A stretch of 64,000 nt of DNA, taken from assembly GCF_018350175.1 (NCBI RefSeq), contig NC_058369.1, positions 19,904,001-19,968,000 of the forward strand. The letters are read 5' to 3'. The notes beneath the pieces were generated by a model. It saw only the letters and a list, made by a program, of their open reading frames with translations, did not search any database and was not told the DNA's origin. Source of the stretch: Felis catus. Its lineage: Eukaryota. How positions within the stretch are numbered: the stretch's first letter is position 1; each line of letters starts with the position of its first letter. Below are positions 12,336-25,423 of this stretch, piece by piece. The position numbers were made by a program, and so were the translations under genes.

Positions 12336-15300
12336 ATGACTCTAAACCCATATTTTTCTATAATAACACTGAATGTAAATGGACTAAATGAGCCAACTAA
12401 AAGACATAGGGTATCAGAATGGATAAAAAAAACAAGACGCATCTAATGCTGTCTACAAGAGACTCATTTTAGACCTGAAGACACTTTCAGATTGAAAGTG
12501 AGGGGATGGAGAACTATTTATCATGCTACTGGAAGCCAAAAGAAAGCTGGAGTAGCCATACTTATATCAGACAAACTAGACTTTAAATTGAAGGTTGTAA
12601 CAAGAGATGAAGAAGGGCATTATATAATAATTACAGGGTCTATCCATCAAGAAGAACTAACAATTATAAATGTCTGTGTGCCAAATACGGGAGCCCCCAA
12701 ATATATAAAACAATTACAAACATAAGCAACCTTATTGATAAGAAGGTGGTAATTGCAGGGGACTTTAATACCCCACTTACAACAATGGATAGATCATCTA
12801 GACACATGGTCAATAAAGAAACAAATAAGGAAACAATGATACATTGGATCAGATGGACTTGACAGATATATTTAGATCTCTGCATCCCAAAGCAACAGAA
12901 TATACTTTCTTCTCCAGTGCACATGCAACATTCTCCAAGATAGAGCACATACTGGGTCACAAAACAGCCCTTCATAAGTATACAAGAATTGAGATCATAC
13001 CATGCATACTTTCGGACCACAATGTGATGAAGCTTGAAATCAACCACAGGAAAAAGTCTGGAAAACCTCCAAAAGCATGGAGGTTAAAGAACACCCTAAT
13101 AAAGAATGAATGGGTCAACCAGGCAAATAGAGAAGAAATTTAAAAATATATGGAAACAAATGAAAATGAAAATACAACAATCCAAATGCTTTGGGATGCA
13201 GCAAAGGCAGTCCTGAGAGGAAAATACATTGCAATCCAGGCCTATCTCAAGAAACAAGAAAAATCCCAAATACAAAATCTAACAGCACACCTAAAGGAAA
13301 TAGAAGCAGAACAGCAAAGGCAGCCTAAACCCAGTAGAAGAAGAGAAATAATAAAGATCAGAGCAGAAATAAAAAATATAGAATCTAAAAAAACTGTAGA
13401 GCAGATCAACGAAACCAAGAGTTGGTTTTTTGAAAAAAAAAAAACAAAAAAACCTGATAAACCTCTAGCCAGGCTTCTCAAAGAGAAAAGGGAGACGACC
13501 CAAATAGATAAAATCATGAATGAAAATGGAATTATTACAAACAATCCCTCAGAAATACAGGCAATTATCAGGGAACACTATGAAAAATTATATGCCCACA
13601 ACTGGACAATCTGGAAGAAATGGACAAATTCCTGAACACCCACACTCTTCCAAAACTCAATCAGGAGGAAATAGAAAGCTTGAACAGACCCATAACCAGC
13701 GAAGAAATTGAATCAGTTGTCAAAAATCTCCCCAAAAGTAAGAGTCCAGGACCAGATGGCTTCCCTGGGGAATTCTACCAGACATTTAAAGCAGAGGTAA
13801 TACCTATCCTTCTCAAGCTATTCCAGAAAACATAAACGGAAGGAAAACTTCCAGACTCGTTCTATGAAGCCAGTATTACTTTGATTCCTAAACCAGACAG
13901 AGACCCAGTAAAAAAAGAGAACTGCAGGCCAATATCTCTGATGAATATGGAAGCAAAAACTCTCAATAAGATACTAGCAAATCGAATTCAACGGCATATA
14001 AAAAGAATTACTCACCATGATCAAGTGGGATTCATTCCTGGGATGCAGGGCTGGTTCAACATTCGCAAATCAATCAACGTGATACATCACATTAATAAAA
14101 GATAAGAACCGTATGATCCTGGCAATCGATGCAGAAAAAGCATTTGACAAAATTCAGCATCCTTTCTTAATAAAAACCCTCGAGAAAGTCGGGATAGAAG
14201 GAACATACTTAAAGATCATAAAAGCCATTTATGAAAAGCCCACAGCTACTATCATCTTCAACGGGAAAAACTGAGAGCTTTCCCCCTGAGATCAGGAACA
14301 TGGCAGGGATGTCCACTCTCACCGCTGTTGTTTAACATAGTGTTGGAAGTTCTAGCATCAGCAATCAGACAATAAAAGAAAATCAAAGGCATCAAAATTG
14401 GCAAAGATGAAGTCAAGCTTTCTTTCACTTTTTGCAGATGACATGATAATATCCCGATAGACTCCACCAAAAGTCTGCTAGAACTGATACATGAATTCAG
14501 CAAAGTCGCAGGATACAAAATCAGTGTACAGAAATCAGTTGCATTCTTATACACTAATAATGAAGCAACAGAAAGACAAATAAAGAAACTGATCTCATTC
14601 ACAATTGCACCAAGAAGCATAAAATACCTAGGAATAAATCAAACCAAAGATGTAAAGGATCTGTATGCTGGAAACTATACAAAGCTTATGAAGGAAATGG
14701 AAGAAGATATAAAGAAATGGAAAACCATTCCGTGCTCATGGGTTGGAAGAATAAATATTGTTAAAATGTCAATACTACCCAAAGCTATCTACACATTCAA
14801 TGCAATCCCAATCAAAATTGCACCAGCATTCTTCTTGAAGCTAGAACAAGCAATCCTAAAATTCATATGGAACCACCAAAGGCCCCGAAAAGCCAAAGTA
14901 ATTTTGAAGAAGGAGACCAAGGCAGGAGGCATCACAATCCCAGACTTTAGCCTCTACTACAAAGCTGTCATCATCAAGACAGCATGGTATTGGCACAAAA
15001 ACAGACACATAGACCAATGGAATAGAATAGAAACCCCAGAACTAGACCCAGAAAAGTATGGCCAACTAATCTTTGGCAAAGCAGGAAAGAATATCCAATG
15101 GAAAAAGGCAGTCTCTTTAACAAATGGTGCTGGGAGAACTGGACAGCAACATGCAGAAGGTTGAAACTAGACCACTTTCTTACACCATTCACAAAAATAA
15201 ACTCAAAATGGATGAAGGACCTGAATGTGAGACAGGAAACCATCAAAACCCTAGAGGAGAAAACAGGAAAAGACCTCTCTGACCTCAAAGGTAAGGGAAT

Positions 15301-16110
15301 TAAAAGTAAAAATGAACTATTGGGACCTTTTGAAGATAAAAAGCTTCTGCACAGCAAAGGAAACAATCAACAAAACTAAAAGGCAACCAACGGAATGGGA
15401 AAAGATATCTGCAAGTGACATATCGGACAAAGGTCTAGTATCCAAATCTATAAAGAGCTCACCAAACTCCACACCCGAAAAACAATCCAATGAAGAAATG
15501 GGCAGAAAACATGAATAGACACTTCTCTAAAGAAGACATCCAGATGGCCAACAGGCACATGAAAAGATGCTCAACGTCGCTCCTCATCAGGGAAATACAA
15601 ATCAAAACCACACTCAGGTATCCCCTCACGTCAGTCAGAGTGGCCAAAATGAACCAATCAGGAGACTATAGATGCTGGAGAGGATGTGGAGAAACGGGAA
15701 CCCTCTTGCACTGTTGGTGGGAATGCAAATTGGTGCAGCCGCTCTGGAAAAGAGTGTGGAGGTTCCTCAAAAATTAAAAATAACCTACCCTATGACCCAG
15801 CAGTAGCACTGCTAGGAATTTACCCAAGGGATACAGCAGTACTGATGCATAGTGGCACTTGTACCCCAATGTTTATAGCAACACGGTCAACAATAGCCAA
15901 ATTATGGAAAGAGCCTAAATGTCCATCAACTGATGAATGGATAAAGAAATTGTGGTTTATATACACAATGTAGTACTACGTGGCAATGAGAAAGAATGAA
16001 ATATGGCCCTTGTAGCAACGTGGATGGAACTGGAGAGTGTGATGCTAAGGGAAATAAGCCATACAGAGAAAGACAGATACCATATGTTTTCACTCTTATG
16101 TGGATCCTGA
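12336..16110 (+). pseudogene. L1 ORF2p (endonuclease / reverse transcriptase), multiply disrupted
   Basis: Fragments carry EN (SDHN), Z/RT ([23 protein letters not shown]) and C-terminal (HCWWECK) motifs, with many stops and frameshifts. Confidence 0.93.
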
Positions 16111-16344
16111 GAAACTTAACAGAAACCCATGGGGGAAGGGAAGGAAAAAAAAAAAAAAGAGGTTAGAGTGGGCGAGAGCCAAAGCATAAGAGACTGTTAA
16201 AAACTGAGAACAAACTGAGTGTTGATGGGGGGTGGGAGGGAGGAGAGGGTGGGTGATGGGTATTGAGGAGGGCACCTTTTGGGATGAGCACTGGGTGTTG
16301 TATGGAAACCAATTTGACAATAAATTTCATATATTGAAAAAAAT

Positions 16345-18320
16345 ATATATAATTTATTGTCAAATTGGCTTCCATACAACACCCAGTGCTCATCCCACAG
16401 GTGCCCTCCTCAATACCCATCATCCACTTTACCCTCCCTCCCACCCCCCATCAACCCTCAGTTTGTCTCGTTATTTAAGAGTCTCTTGGGGCGCCTGGGT
16501 GGCGCAGTCGGTTAAGCGTCCGACTTCAGCCAGGTCACGATCTCGCGGTACGGGAGTTCGAGCCCCGCATCAGGCTCAGGGCTGATGGCTCAGAGCCTGG
16601 AGCCTGTTTCCGATTCTGTGTCTCCCTCTCTCTCTGCCCCTCCCCCGTTCATGCTCTGTCTCTCTCCCAAACATAAATAAACGTTGAGAAAAAAATTTTT
16701 TTAATAAAAAAAAAAAAAAGAGTCTCTTAATGGTTTGCCTCCTTCCCTCTCTGTAACTTTTTTTCCCCCTTGCTCTCCCCCCTGGTCTTCTGTCAAGTTT
16801 CTCAGAATCCACATACGAGTGAAAACATATGGTATCTGTCTTTCTCTGCCTAACTTATTGCACTTAGCATAACACTCCTCAGTTCCATCCATTTTGCTAT
16901 AAATGGTGAGATTTCATTCTTTCTCATTGCCAAGTAGTATTCCATGTGTATATAAACCACATCTTCTTTATCCATTCGTCAGTTGATGGACATTTTGGCT
17001 ATTGCCATAACTTGGTTATTGCTGATAGTACTGCCATAAACATTGGGGTGCATTTGCCCTTCAGATCAACATTTTTTTTCTATCCTTTGGATGAATACCC
17101 AGTAGTGCAATTGCTGGATTGTAGGGTCATTCTATTTTTAATTTTTTGAGGAACCTCCATACTGTTTTTCGGAGTGGCTGTACCAATTTGCATTCCCACC
17201 AAAAATGCAAAAGAGTTCCTTTTTCTCCACATCCTTGACAATATCTGTTTTTTCCTGAGTTGTTAATTTTAGCCATTCTGACAGGTGTGAGGTATTTCAC
17301 TGTGGTTTTGATTTGTATTTCCCTGATTATGAGTGATGTTGAGCATCTTTTCATGTGTCTTTTAGCATCTGGATGTCTTCTTTGGAAAAGTGTCTATTCA
17401 TGTCTTCTGCCCATTTCTTCACTGGATTATTTGTTTTTTGGGTGTTGAGTTTGCTAAGTTCTTCATAGATTTTGGACACTAACCCTTATCTGATATATGT
17501 CTTTTGCAAATACCTTCTCCCATTCCATCGGTTGCCTTTTATTTTGTTGATTGTTTCTTTGCTGTGCAGAAGCTTTTTATCTTGATGAGGTCCCAGTATT
17601 TGCTTCTCTTTCCCTTGCCTCTGGAAACATGTTAAGTAAGAAGTTGCTGCGGCCTAGGTCAAAGAAGTTGCTGCTTGTATTCTTCAGTAGGATTTGGATG
17701 GTTCCTATCTCACATTAGGTCTTCCATCCATTTTGAATTCATTTTTGTGTATGATATAAGAAAGTGGCCCAGTTTCATTCTTCTTCTTCATGTCACTGTC
17801 CAGTTCTCCCAGCACCATTTGCTAAAGAGACTGTCTTTTTCCCATTGGATGTTCTTTCCTGCTTTGTCAAAGATTAGCTGGCCATACATTTGTGGGTCCA
17901 CTTCTGGGTTATCTATTCTAGTACATTGATCTATGTGTCTGTGTTTATGCCACTACCATACTGTCTTGACTACAGAAGTCCAGAATTATGATGCCTCCAG
18001 CTTTCCTTTTCTTTTTCAACATTTCTTTGGCTATTTGGGGTCTTCTGTGGTTCCATACAAATTTTAGGATTGTTTGTTCTAGCTCTGTGAAGAATTCTGG
18101 TGTTATTTTGATTGGGATTGCATTGAATGTTTAGATTGCTTTGGGTATTATAGACATTTTAACAATATTTGTTCTTTCCTCCATGAGCATAGAAGCTTTT
18201 CCATTTCTTTGAGTCTTCTTCTGTTTCTTTCATAAGCTTTCTAAAGCTTTCAGCATATAGATCTTTTACCTCTTTGGTTAGGTTTATTCCTGGGTATCTT
18301 ATGGTTTTTGTTGCAATTGC
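16345..18320 (-). mobile_element. Truncated L1, tail-to-tail with the full-length + L1
   Basis: Antisense 3' end begins directly after the + element's tail. ORF2 remnant at 17127-17354. Confidence 0.9.
16488..16717 (+). mobile_element. Young felid SINE (SINEC_Fc type)
   Basis: ggggcgcctgggtggcgcagtcggttaagcgtccgacttcagccagg with CpGs retained. TSD aagagtctctt at 16477-16487 and 16718-16728. Confidence 0.96.
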
Positions 18321-18545
18321 AAAACCATAAGAGAGCCTTAAATACAGAGAATAAACTGAGGGTTTCTGGGGGGTGGCATGGAGGGATAGGTTAAATGGGT
18401 GATGGGCATTAAGGAGGGAATTTTTTGGGGAAGAACACTGTGTTTCATGTCATATGTAAGAGATGAATCACTGGGTTCTACTCCTGAAGCCTAGACTACA
18501 CTGTATGTTAACTAACTTGAATTTAAATAAGAAAATAAAAATAAA
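18321..18545 (+). mobile_element. Older carnivore L1 3' end (sense)
   Basis: aaaccataagagag...gatgaatcactgggttctactcctgaa...atgttaactaacttgaatttaaataa followed by an A tail. Confidence 0.85.
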
Positions 18546-18640
18546 GATACTGCTTACTTAAGTGGAATATATTTTCTACAGTCTTTCTGTTTTGAAGCTA
18601 TATATATTATTCATACACGCACACATTACACTTACAAATG

Positions 18641-18850
18641 TTTTATTTATTTATCTATCTATTTATTTATTTATTTATTTATCTCAATTTAGATAACATA
18701 CATTATGGTCTTGGCTTCAGGAGTAGAATCTAGTGATTCATCAGTTAAATATAACACCCAGTGTTCATCCCAACAAGTGCCCTCCTTAATGCCCATCACC
18801 CATTTTCCCTACTCCCAATAACCCCCAGTTTCTTCTCTGTATTTCAGAAT
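18641..18850 (-). mobile_element. L1 3' end fragment with (TTTA)n tail
   Basis: cttcaggagtagaatctagtgattcatc...cccaacaagtgccctccttaatgcccatcaccc. Confidence 0.8.
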
Positions 18851-19750
18851 CCATTATGTATTTTTAACATTCCATATTTTATTTGATAATAGTACCTTAT
18901 TGAGATGGACTTAATCTTATTTTAAAAGTCCTTTGTTACTTCATTTAAAAGTCCTTCATTATTTCATTTAAGAGTGATGACCTTCTTTATAGGTCACTGT
19001 GTTTCATCTTTCATGTTTCTGCTGAGGTTACAGTCTCAGCCACAGTGTCCTGGTCACCATATTTAAAATTGTAAATGTTTATCTCACACTCCTTCTTTCT
19101 TTCTTTTTTTTAATACAAAATTTATTGTCAAATTGGTTTCCATACAACACCCAGTGCTCATCCCAACAGGTGCCCTCCTCAGTACCCCTCACCCACCCTC
19201 CCCTTCCTCCCATCCCCCATCAACCCTCAGTTTGTTCTCAGCTTTTAAGAGTCACTTATGTTTTGCCTCCCTCCCTCTCTAACCTTTTTTTTTCCTTCCC
19301 CTTCCCCATGGTCTTCAGTTAAGTTTCTCAGGATCCACATAAGAGTGAAAACATACGGTGTCTGTCTTTGTCTGTATGACTTATATCCCTTAGCAAAACA
19401 CTCTCCAGTTCTATCCACGTTGCTACAAAAGGCCATATTTCATTCTTTCTCACTGCCATGTAGTATTTCATTGTATATATAAACCACAATTTCTTTTTTT
19501 TATGTTTTATTTATTTTTTATTTTTTAATATGAAATTTATTGACCAATTGGTTTCCATACAACACCCAGTGCTCATCCCAAAAGGTGCCCTCCTCAATAC
19601 CCATCACCCACCCTGCCCTCCCTCCCACCCCCCATCAACCCTCAGTTTGTTCTCAGTTTTTAAGAGTCTCTTATGCTTTGGCTCTCTCCCACTCTAACCT
19701 CTTTTTCTTTTTTTCTCCTTCCCCTCCCCCATGGGTTCCTGTTAAGTTTC

Positions 19751-22700
19751 TCAGGATCCACATAAGAGTGAAACCATATGGTATCTGTCTTTGTCTGTAT
19801 GGCTTATTTCACTTAGCATCACACTCTCCAGTTCCATCCACGTTGCTACAAAAGGCCATATTTCATTTTTTCTCATTGCCACGTAGTATTCCATTGTGTA
19901 TATAAACCACAATTTCTTTATCCATTCATCAGTTGATGGACATTTAGGCTCTTTCCATAATTTGGCTATTGTTGAGAGTGCTGCTGTGAACATTGGGGTA
20001 CAAGTGGCCCTATGCATCAGTACTCCTGTATCCCTTGGATAAATTCCTAGCAGTGCTATTGCTGGGTCATAGGGTAAGTCTACTTTTAATTTTCTGAGGA
20101 ACCTCCACACTGCTTTCCAGAGCGGCTGCACCAATTTGCATTCGCACCAACAGTGCAAGAGGGTTCCCGTTTCTCCACATCCTCTCCAGCATCTATAGTC
20201 TCCTGATTTGTTCATTTTGGCCACTCTGACTGGCGTGAGGGGATACCTGAGTGTGGTTTTGATTTGTATTTCCCTGATAAGGAGCGACGCTGAACATCTT
20301 TTCATGTGCCTGTTGGCCATCCGGATGTCTTCTTTAGAGAAGTGTCTATTCATGTTTTCTGCCCATTTCTTCACTGGGTTATTTGTTTTTCGGGTGTGGA
20401 GTTTGGTGAGCTCTTTATAGATTTTGGATACTAGCCCTTTGTCCGATATGTCATTCGCAAATATCTTTTCCCATTCCGTTGGTTGCCTTTTAGTTTTGCT
20501 GGTTGTTTCCTTTGCTGTGCAGAAGCTTTTTATCTTCATAAGGTCCCAGTAATTCACTTTTGCTTTTAATTCCCTTGCCTTTGGGGATGTGTCGAGTAAG
20601 AGATTGCTACGGCTGAGGTCAGAGAGGTCTTTTCCTGCTTTCTCCTCTAAGGTTTTGATGGTTTCCTGTCTCACATTTAGGTCCTTTATCCATTTTGAGT
20701 TTATTTTTGTGAATGGTGTAAGAAAGTGGTCTAGTTTCAACCTTCTGCAAGTTGCTGTCCAGTTCTCCCAGCACCATTTGTTAAAGAGGCTGTCTTTTTT
20801 CCATTGGATGTTCTTTCCTGCTTTGTCAAAGATGAGTTGGCCATACGTTTGTGGGTGTAGTTCTGGGGTTTCTATTCTATTCCATTGGTCTATGTGTCTG
20901 TTTTTGTGCCAATCATGCTGTCTTGATGACAGCTTTGTAGTAGAGGCTAAAGGCTGGGATTGTGATGCCTCCTGCTTTGGTCTTCTTCTTCAAAATTCCT
21001 TTGGCTATTCGGGGCCTTTTGTGGTTCCATATGAATTTTAGGATTGCTTGTTCTAGTTTCGAAAAGAATGCTGGTGCAATTTTGATTGGGATTGCATTGA
21101 ATGTGTAGATAGCTTTGGGTAGTATTGACATTTTGACAATATTTATTTTTCCAATCCATGAGCAGGGAATGTCTTTCCATTTCTTTAAATCTTCTTCAAT
21201 TACCGTCATAAGCTTTCTATAGTTTTCAGCATACAGATCCTTTACATCTTTGGTTTGATTTATTCCTAGGTATTTTATGCTTCTTGGTGCAATTGTGAAT
21301 GGGATCAGTTTCTTTATTTGTCTTTCTGTTGCTTCATTGTTAGTGTATAAGAATGCAACTGATTTCTGTACATTGATTTTGTATCCTGCAAATTTGCTGA
21401 ATTCCTGTATCAGTTCTAGCAGACTTTTGGTGGAGTCTATCGGATTTTCCATGTATAATATCAAGTCATCTGCAAAAAGCGAAAGCTTGACTTCATCTTT
21501 GCCAATTTTGATGCCTTTGATTTCCTTTTGTTGTCTGATTGCTGATGCTAGAACTTCCAGCACTATGTTAAACAGCAGCGGTGAGAGTGGGCATCCTTGT
21601 CGTGTTCCTGATCTCAGGGAAAAAGCTCTCAGTTTTTCCCCGTTGAGGATGATGTTAGCTGTGGGCTTTTCATAAATGGCTTTTATGATCTTTAAGTATG
21701 TTCCTTCTATCCCGACTTTCTCAAGGGTTTTTATTAAGAAAGGGTGCTGGATTTTGTCAAAGGCCTTTTCTGCATCGATTGACAGGATCACATGGTTCTT
21801 CTCTCTTTTTTTGTTAATATGATGTATCACGTTGATTGATTTGCGAATGTTGAACCAGCCCTGCATCCCAGGAATGAATCCCACTTGATCATGGTGAATA
21901 ATTCTTTTTATATGCCGTTGAATTCGATTTGCTAGTATCTTATTGAGAATTTTTGCATCCATATTCATCAGGGATATTGGCCTGTAGTTCTCTTTTTTTA
22001 CTGGGTCTCTGTCTGGTTTAGGAATGAAAGTAATACTGGCTTCATAGAATGAGTCTGGAAGTTTTCCTTCCCTTTCTATTTCTTGGAATAGCTTGAGAAG
22101 GATAGGTATTATCTCTGCTTTAAACGTCTGGTAGAACTCCCCTGGGAAGCCATCTGGTCCTGGACTCTTATCTGTTGGGAGATTTTTGATAACCGATTCA
22201 ATTTCTTCGCTGGTTATGGGTCTGTTCAAGCTTTCTATTTCCTCCTGATTGAGTTTTGGAAGAGTGTGGGTGTTCAGGAATTTGTCCATTTCTTCCAGGT
22301 TGTCCAATTTGTTGGCATGTAATTTTTCATAGTATTCCCTGATAATTGTTTGTATCTCTGAGGGATTGGTTGTAATAATTCCATTTTCATTCATGATTTT
22401 ATCTATTTGGGTCATCTCCCTTTTCTTTTTGAGAAGCCTGGCGAGAGGTTTGCCAATTTTGTTTATTTTTTCAAAAAACCAACTCTTGGTTTCGTTGATC
22501 TGCTCTACAGTTTTTTTAGATTCTATATTGTTTATTTCTGCTCTGATCTTTATTATTTCTCTTCTTCTGCTGGGTTTAGGCTGCCTTTGCTGTTCTGCTT
22601 CTAGTTCCCTTAGGTGTGCTGTTAGATTTTGTATTTGGGATTTTTCTTGTTTCTTGAGATAGGCCTGGATTGCAATGTATTTTCCTCTCAGGACTGCCTT

Positions 22701-23570
22701 CGCTGCGTCCCAGAGCGTTTGGATTGTTGTATTTTCATTTTCGTTTGTTTCCATATATTTTTTAATTTCTTCTCTAATTGCCTGGTTGACCCACTCATTC
22801 GTTAGTAGGGTGTTCTTTAACCTCCATGCTTTTGGAGGTTTTCCAGACTTTTTCCTGTGGTTGATTTCAAGCTTCATAGCATTGTGGTCTGAAAGTAAGC
22901 ATGGTATAATTTCAATTCTTGTAAACTTATGAAGGGCTGTTTTGTGACCCAGTATATGATCTATCTTGGAGAATGTTCCATGTGCACTCGAGAAGAAAGT
23001 ATATTCTGTTGCTTTGGGATGCAGAGTTCTAAATATATCTGTCAAGTCCATCTGATCCAATGTCTCATTCAGGGCCCTTGTGTCTTTATTGACTGTGTGT
23101 CTAGATGATCTATCCATTTCTGAAAGTGGGGTGTTAAAGTCCCCTGCAATTACCACATTCTTCTCAATAAGGTTGCTTATGTTTATGAGTAATTGTTTTA
23201 TATATTTGGGGGCTCCGGTATTCGGCGCATAGACATTTATAATTGTTAGCTCTTCCTGATGGATAGACCCTGTAACTATTATATAATGTCCTTCTTCATC
23301 TCTTGTTACAGCCTTTAATTTAAAGTCTAGTTTGTCTGATATAAGTATGGCTGCTCCAGCTTTCTTTTGGCTTCCAGTCGCATGATAAATAGTTCTCCAT
23401 CCCCTCACTCTCAATCTAAAGGTGTCCTCAGGTCTAAAATGAATCTCTTGTAGACAGCAAATAGATGGGTCTTGTTTTTTTATCCATTCTGATACCCTAT
23501 GTCTTTTGGTTGGCGCATTTAATCCATTTACATTCAGTGTTATTACAGAAAGATACGGGTGTAGAGTCAT
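19751..23570 (-). pseudogene. LINE-1 ORF2p (EN + RT + Cys-rich domain), broken by one frameshift near 20913
   Basis: ATG at 23570. 885 open codons with [21 protein letters not shown] and FADD. A 2-bp deletion gives TGA at 20913-20915. The downstream frame is open to the stop at 19751. Confidence 0.93.
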
Positions 23571-23620
23571 TGTGATGTCTGTATGTTTTATGCTTGTAGC
23601 GATGTCTCTGGGACTTTGTC

Positions 23621-24514
23621 TCACAGGGTCCCCCTTAGGATCTCTTGTAGGGCTGGTTTAGTGGTGACAAATTCCTTCAGTTTTTGTTTGTTTGGGAAGA
23701 CCTTTATCTCTCCTTCTATTCTAAATGACAGACTTGCTGGGTAAAGGATTCTCGGCTGCATATTTTTTCTGTCTAGCACCCTGAAAATCTCGTGCCAATT
23801 CTTTCTGGCCTGCCAAGTTTCAAAAGAGAGATCAGTCACGAGTCTTATAGGTCTCCGTTTATATGTTAGGGCACGTTTATCCCTTGCTGCTTTCAGAATT
23901 TTCTCTTTATCCTTGTATTTTGCCAGTTTCACTATGATATGTCGTGCAGAAGATCGATTCAAGTTACGTCTGAAGGGAGTTCTCTGTGCCTCTTGGATTT
24001 CAATGCCTTTTTCCTTCCCCAGTTCAGGGAAGTTCTCGGCTATTATTTCTTCAAGTACCCCTTCAGCACCTTTCCCTCTCCCTTCCTCCTCTGGGATACC
24101 AATTATGCGTATATTATTTCTTTTTAGTGTATCACTTAGTTCTCTTATTTTCCCCTCATACTCCTGGATTTTTTTATCTCTCTTTTTCTCAGCTTCCTCT
24201 TTTTCCATAACTTTATCTTCTAGTTCACCTATTCTCTCCTCTGCCTCTTCAATCCGAGCCGTGGTGGTTTCAATTTTGTTTTGCATTTCATTTAAAGTGT
24301 TTTTCAGCTCCTCGTGACTGTTCCTTAGTCCCTTGATCTCTGTAGCAAGAGATTCTCTGCTGTCCTCTATACTGTTTTCAAGCCCAGCGATTAATTTTAT
24401 GACTATTATTCTAAATTCACTTTCTGTTATATTATTTAAATCCTTTTTGATCAGCTCATTAGCTCTTGTTATTTCCTGGAGATTCTTCTGAGTGGAATTC
24501 TTCCGCTTGGTCAT
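23621..24514 (-). CDS. LINE-1 ORF1p (RNA-binding chaperone; coiled-coil, RRM, CTD), 297 aa, intact
   Basis: ATG at 24514 (MTKRKNS...). Coiled coil, [35 protein letters not shown] motifs. No stops. Confidence 0.93.
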   Translation of the reverse strand: MTKRKNSTQKNLQEITRANELIKKDLNNITESEFRIIVIKLIAGLENSIEDSRESLATEIKGLRNSHEELKNTLNEMQNKIETTTARIEEAEERIGELEDKVMEKEEAEKKRDKKIQEYEGKIRELSDTLKRNNIRIIGIPEEEGRGKGAEGVLEEIIAENFPELGKEKGIEIQEAQRTPFRRNLNRSSARHIIVKLAKYKDKEKILKAARDKRALTYKRRPIRLVTDLSFETWQARKNWHEIFRVLDRKNMQPRILYPASLSFRIEGEIKVFPNKQKLKEFVTTKPALQEILRGTL

Positions 24515-25423
24515 TTTGGATAGTCCCTGGCATTGTGAGGACCTGCAGGGCACTTCCCCTGTGCTGTGGTGTATAACTGGAGTTGGTGGGCAGGGCCGCA
24601 GTCAGACCTGATGTCTGCCCCCAGCCCACCCTGGGTTTACAGTCAGACTGGTGTGCACCTTCTCTTCCCCTCTCCTAGGGGCGGGATTCACTGTGGGGTG
24701 GTGTGGCCCGTCTGGGCTACTTGCACACTGCCAAGCTTGTGATGCTGGGGATCTGGCATATTAGCTGGGGTGGGTAGGCAAGGTGCACAGGGGCAGGCTT
24801 AGCTTGCTTCTCCTTAGGTGATCCACTTCAGGAGGGGCCCTGTGGCAGCGGGAGGGAGTCAGAAATGCTGCCGGAGGTTTGGCCCCGCAGAAGCACAGAG
24901 TTGGGTGTTTGCGAGGAGCGAGCAAGTTCCCTGGCAGGAACTGATTCTCTTTGGGATTTTGGCTGGGGGATGGGCGGGGGAGATGGCGCTGGTGAGCGCC
25001 TTTGTTCCCCACCAAACTGAGCTCTGTCGTCAGGGGCCTCAGCAGCTCTCCCTCCCTTTGTCCTCCAGCCTTCCCGCTTTCCGAGCAGAGCTGTTCACTT
25101 ATGACCTCCCAGACGCTAAGTCTCACTTGTCAGAACACAGTCCATCAGGCCCCTCCGCTTTTGCAAGCCGGACTCGGGGGCTCTGCTTGGCCGGTGTGCC
25201 GCCCCTCCACCCCGGCTCCCTCCCGCCAGTCCGTGGAGCCCGCACCGCCTCGCCGCCCTTCCTACCCTCTTCCGTGGGCCTCTCGTCTGCGCTTGGCTCC
25301 GGAGACTCCGTTCTGCTAGTCTTCTGGTGGTTTTCTGGGTTATTTAGGCAGGTGTAGGTGGAATGTAAGTGATCAGCAGGACGCGCGGTGAGCCCAGCGT
25401 CCTCCTACGCCACCATCTTCTCC
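24515..25423 (-). promoter_or_regulatory. L1 5'UTR internal promoter (CpG-rich)
   Basis: CpG-dense and homologous to 10480-11394. The YY1-like motif reads aagatggtggc here. Confidence 0.7.

Larger units (their letters stand above)
10480..16342 (+). mobile_element. Full-length felid LINE-1, inactivated
   Basis: 5' end gaggaagatggcggcgtagg, CpG-rich 5'UTR, fragmented ORF1 and ORF2, G-rich 3'UTR, aataaa at about 16319-16324. No adjacent TSD found. Confidence 0.96.

Noticed and set aside
16488..16570. tRNA-like A/B boxes here and in about 20 other places
   Set aside because: These are the tRNA-derived heads of Can-SINEs, followed by CT tracts, A tails and TSDs. They are not tRNA genes.
21277..22932. 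Hydrophobic 'membrane protein' ORFs on the strand opposite L1 ORF2 (also 13242-13544, 14258-14620, 23913-24317 and others)
   Set aside because: They are antisense shadows of A-rich L1 coding sequence and recur in every copy.
20913..23624. 903-aa endonuclease/reverse transcriptase ORF as a novel RT system (retron, DGR, group II intron)
   Set aside because: It is canonical LINE-1 ORF2p, with ORF1, 5'UTR, poly(A) and TSD.
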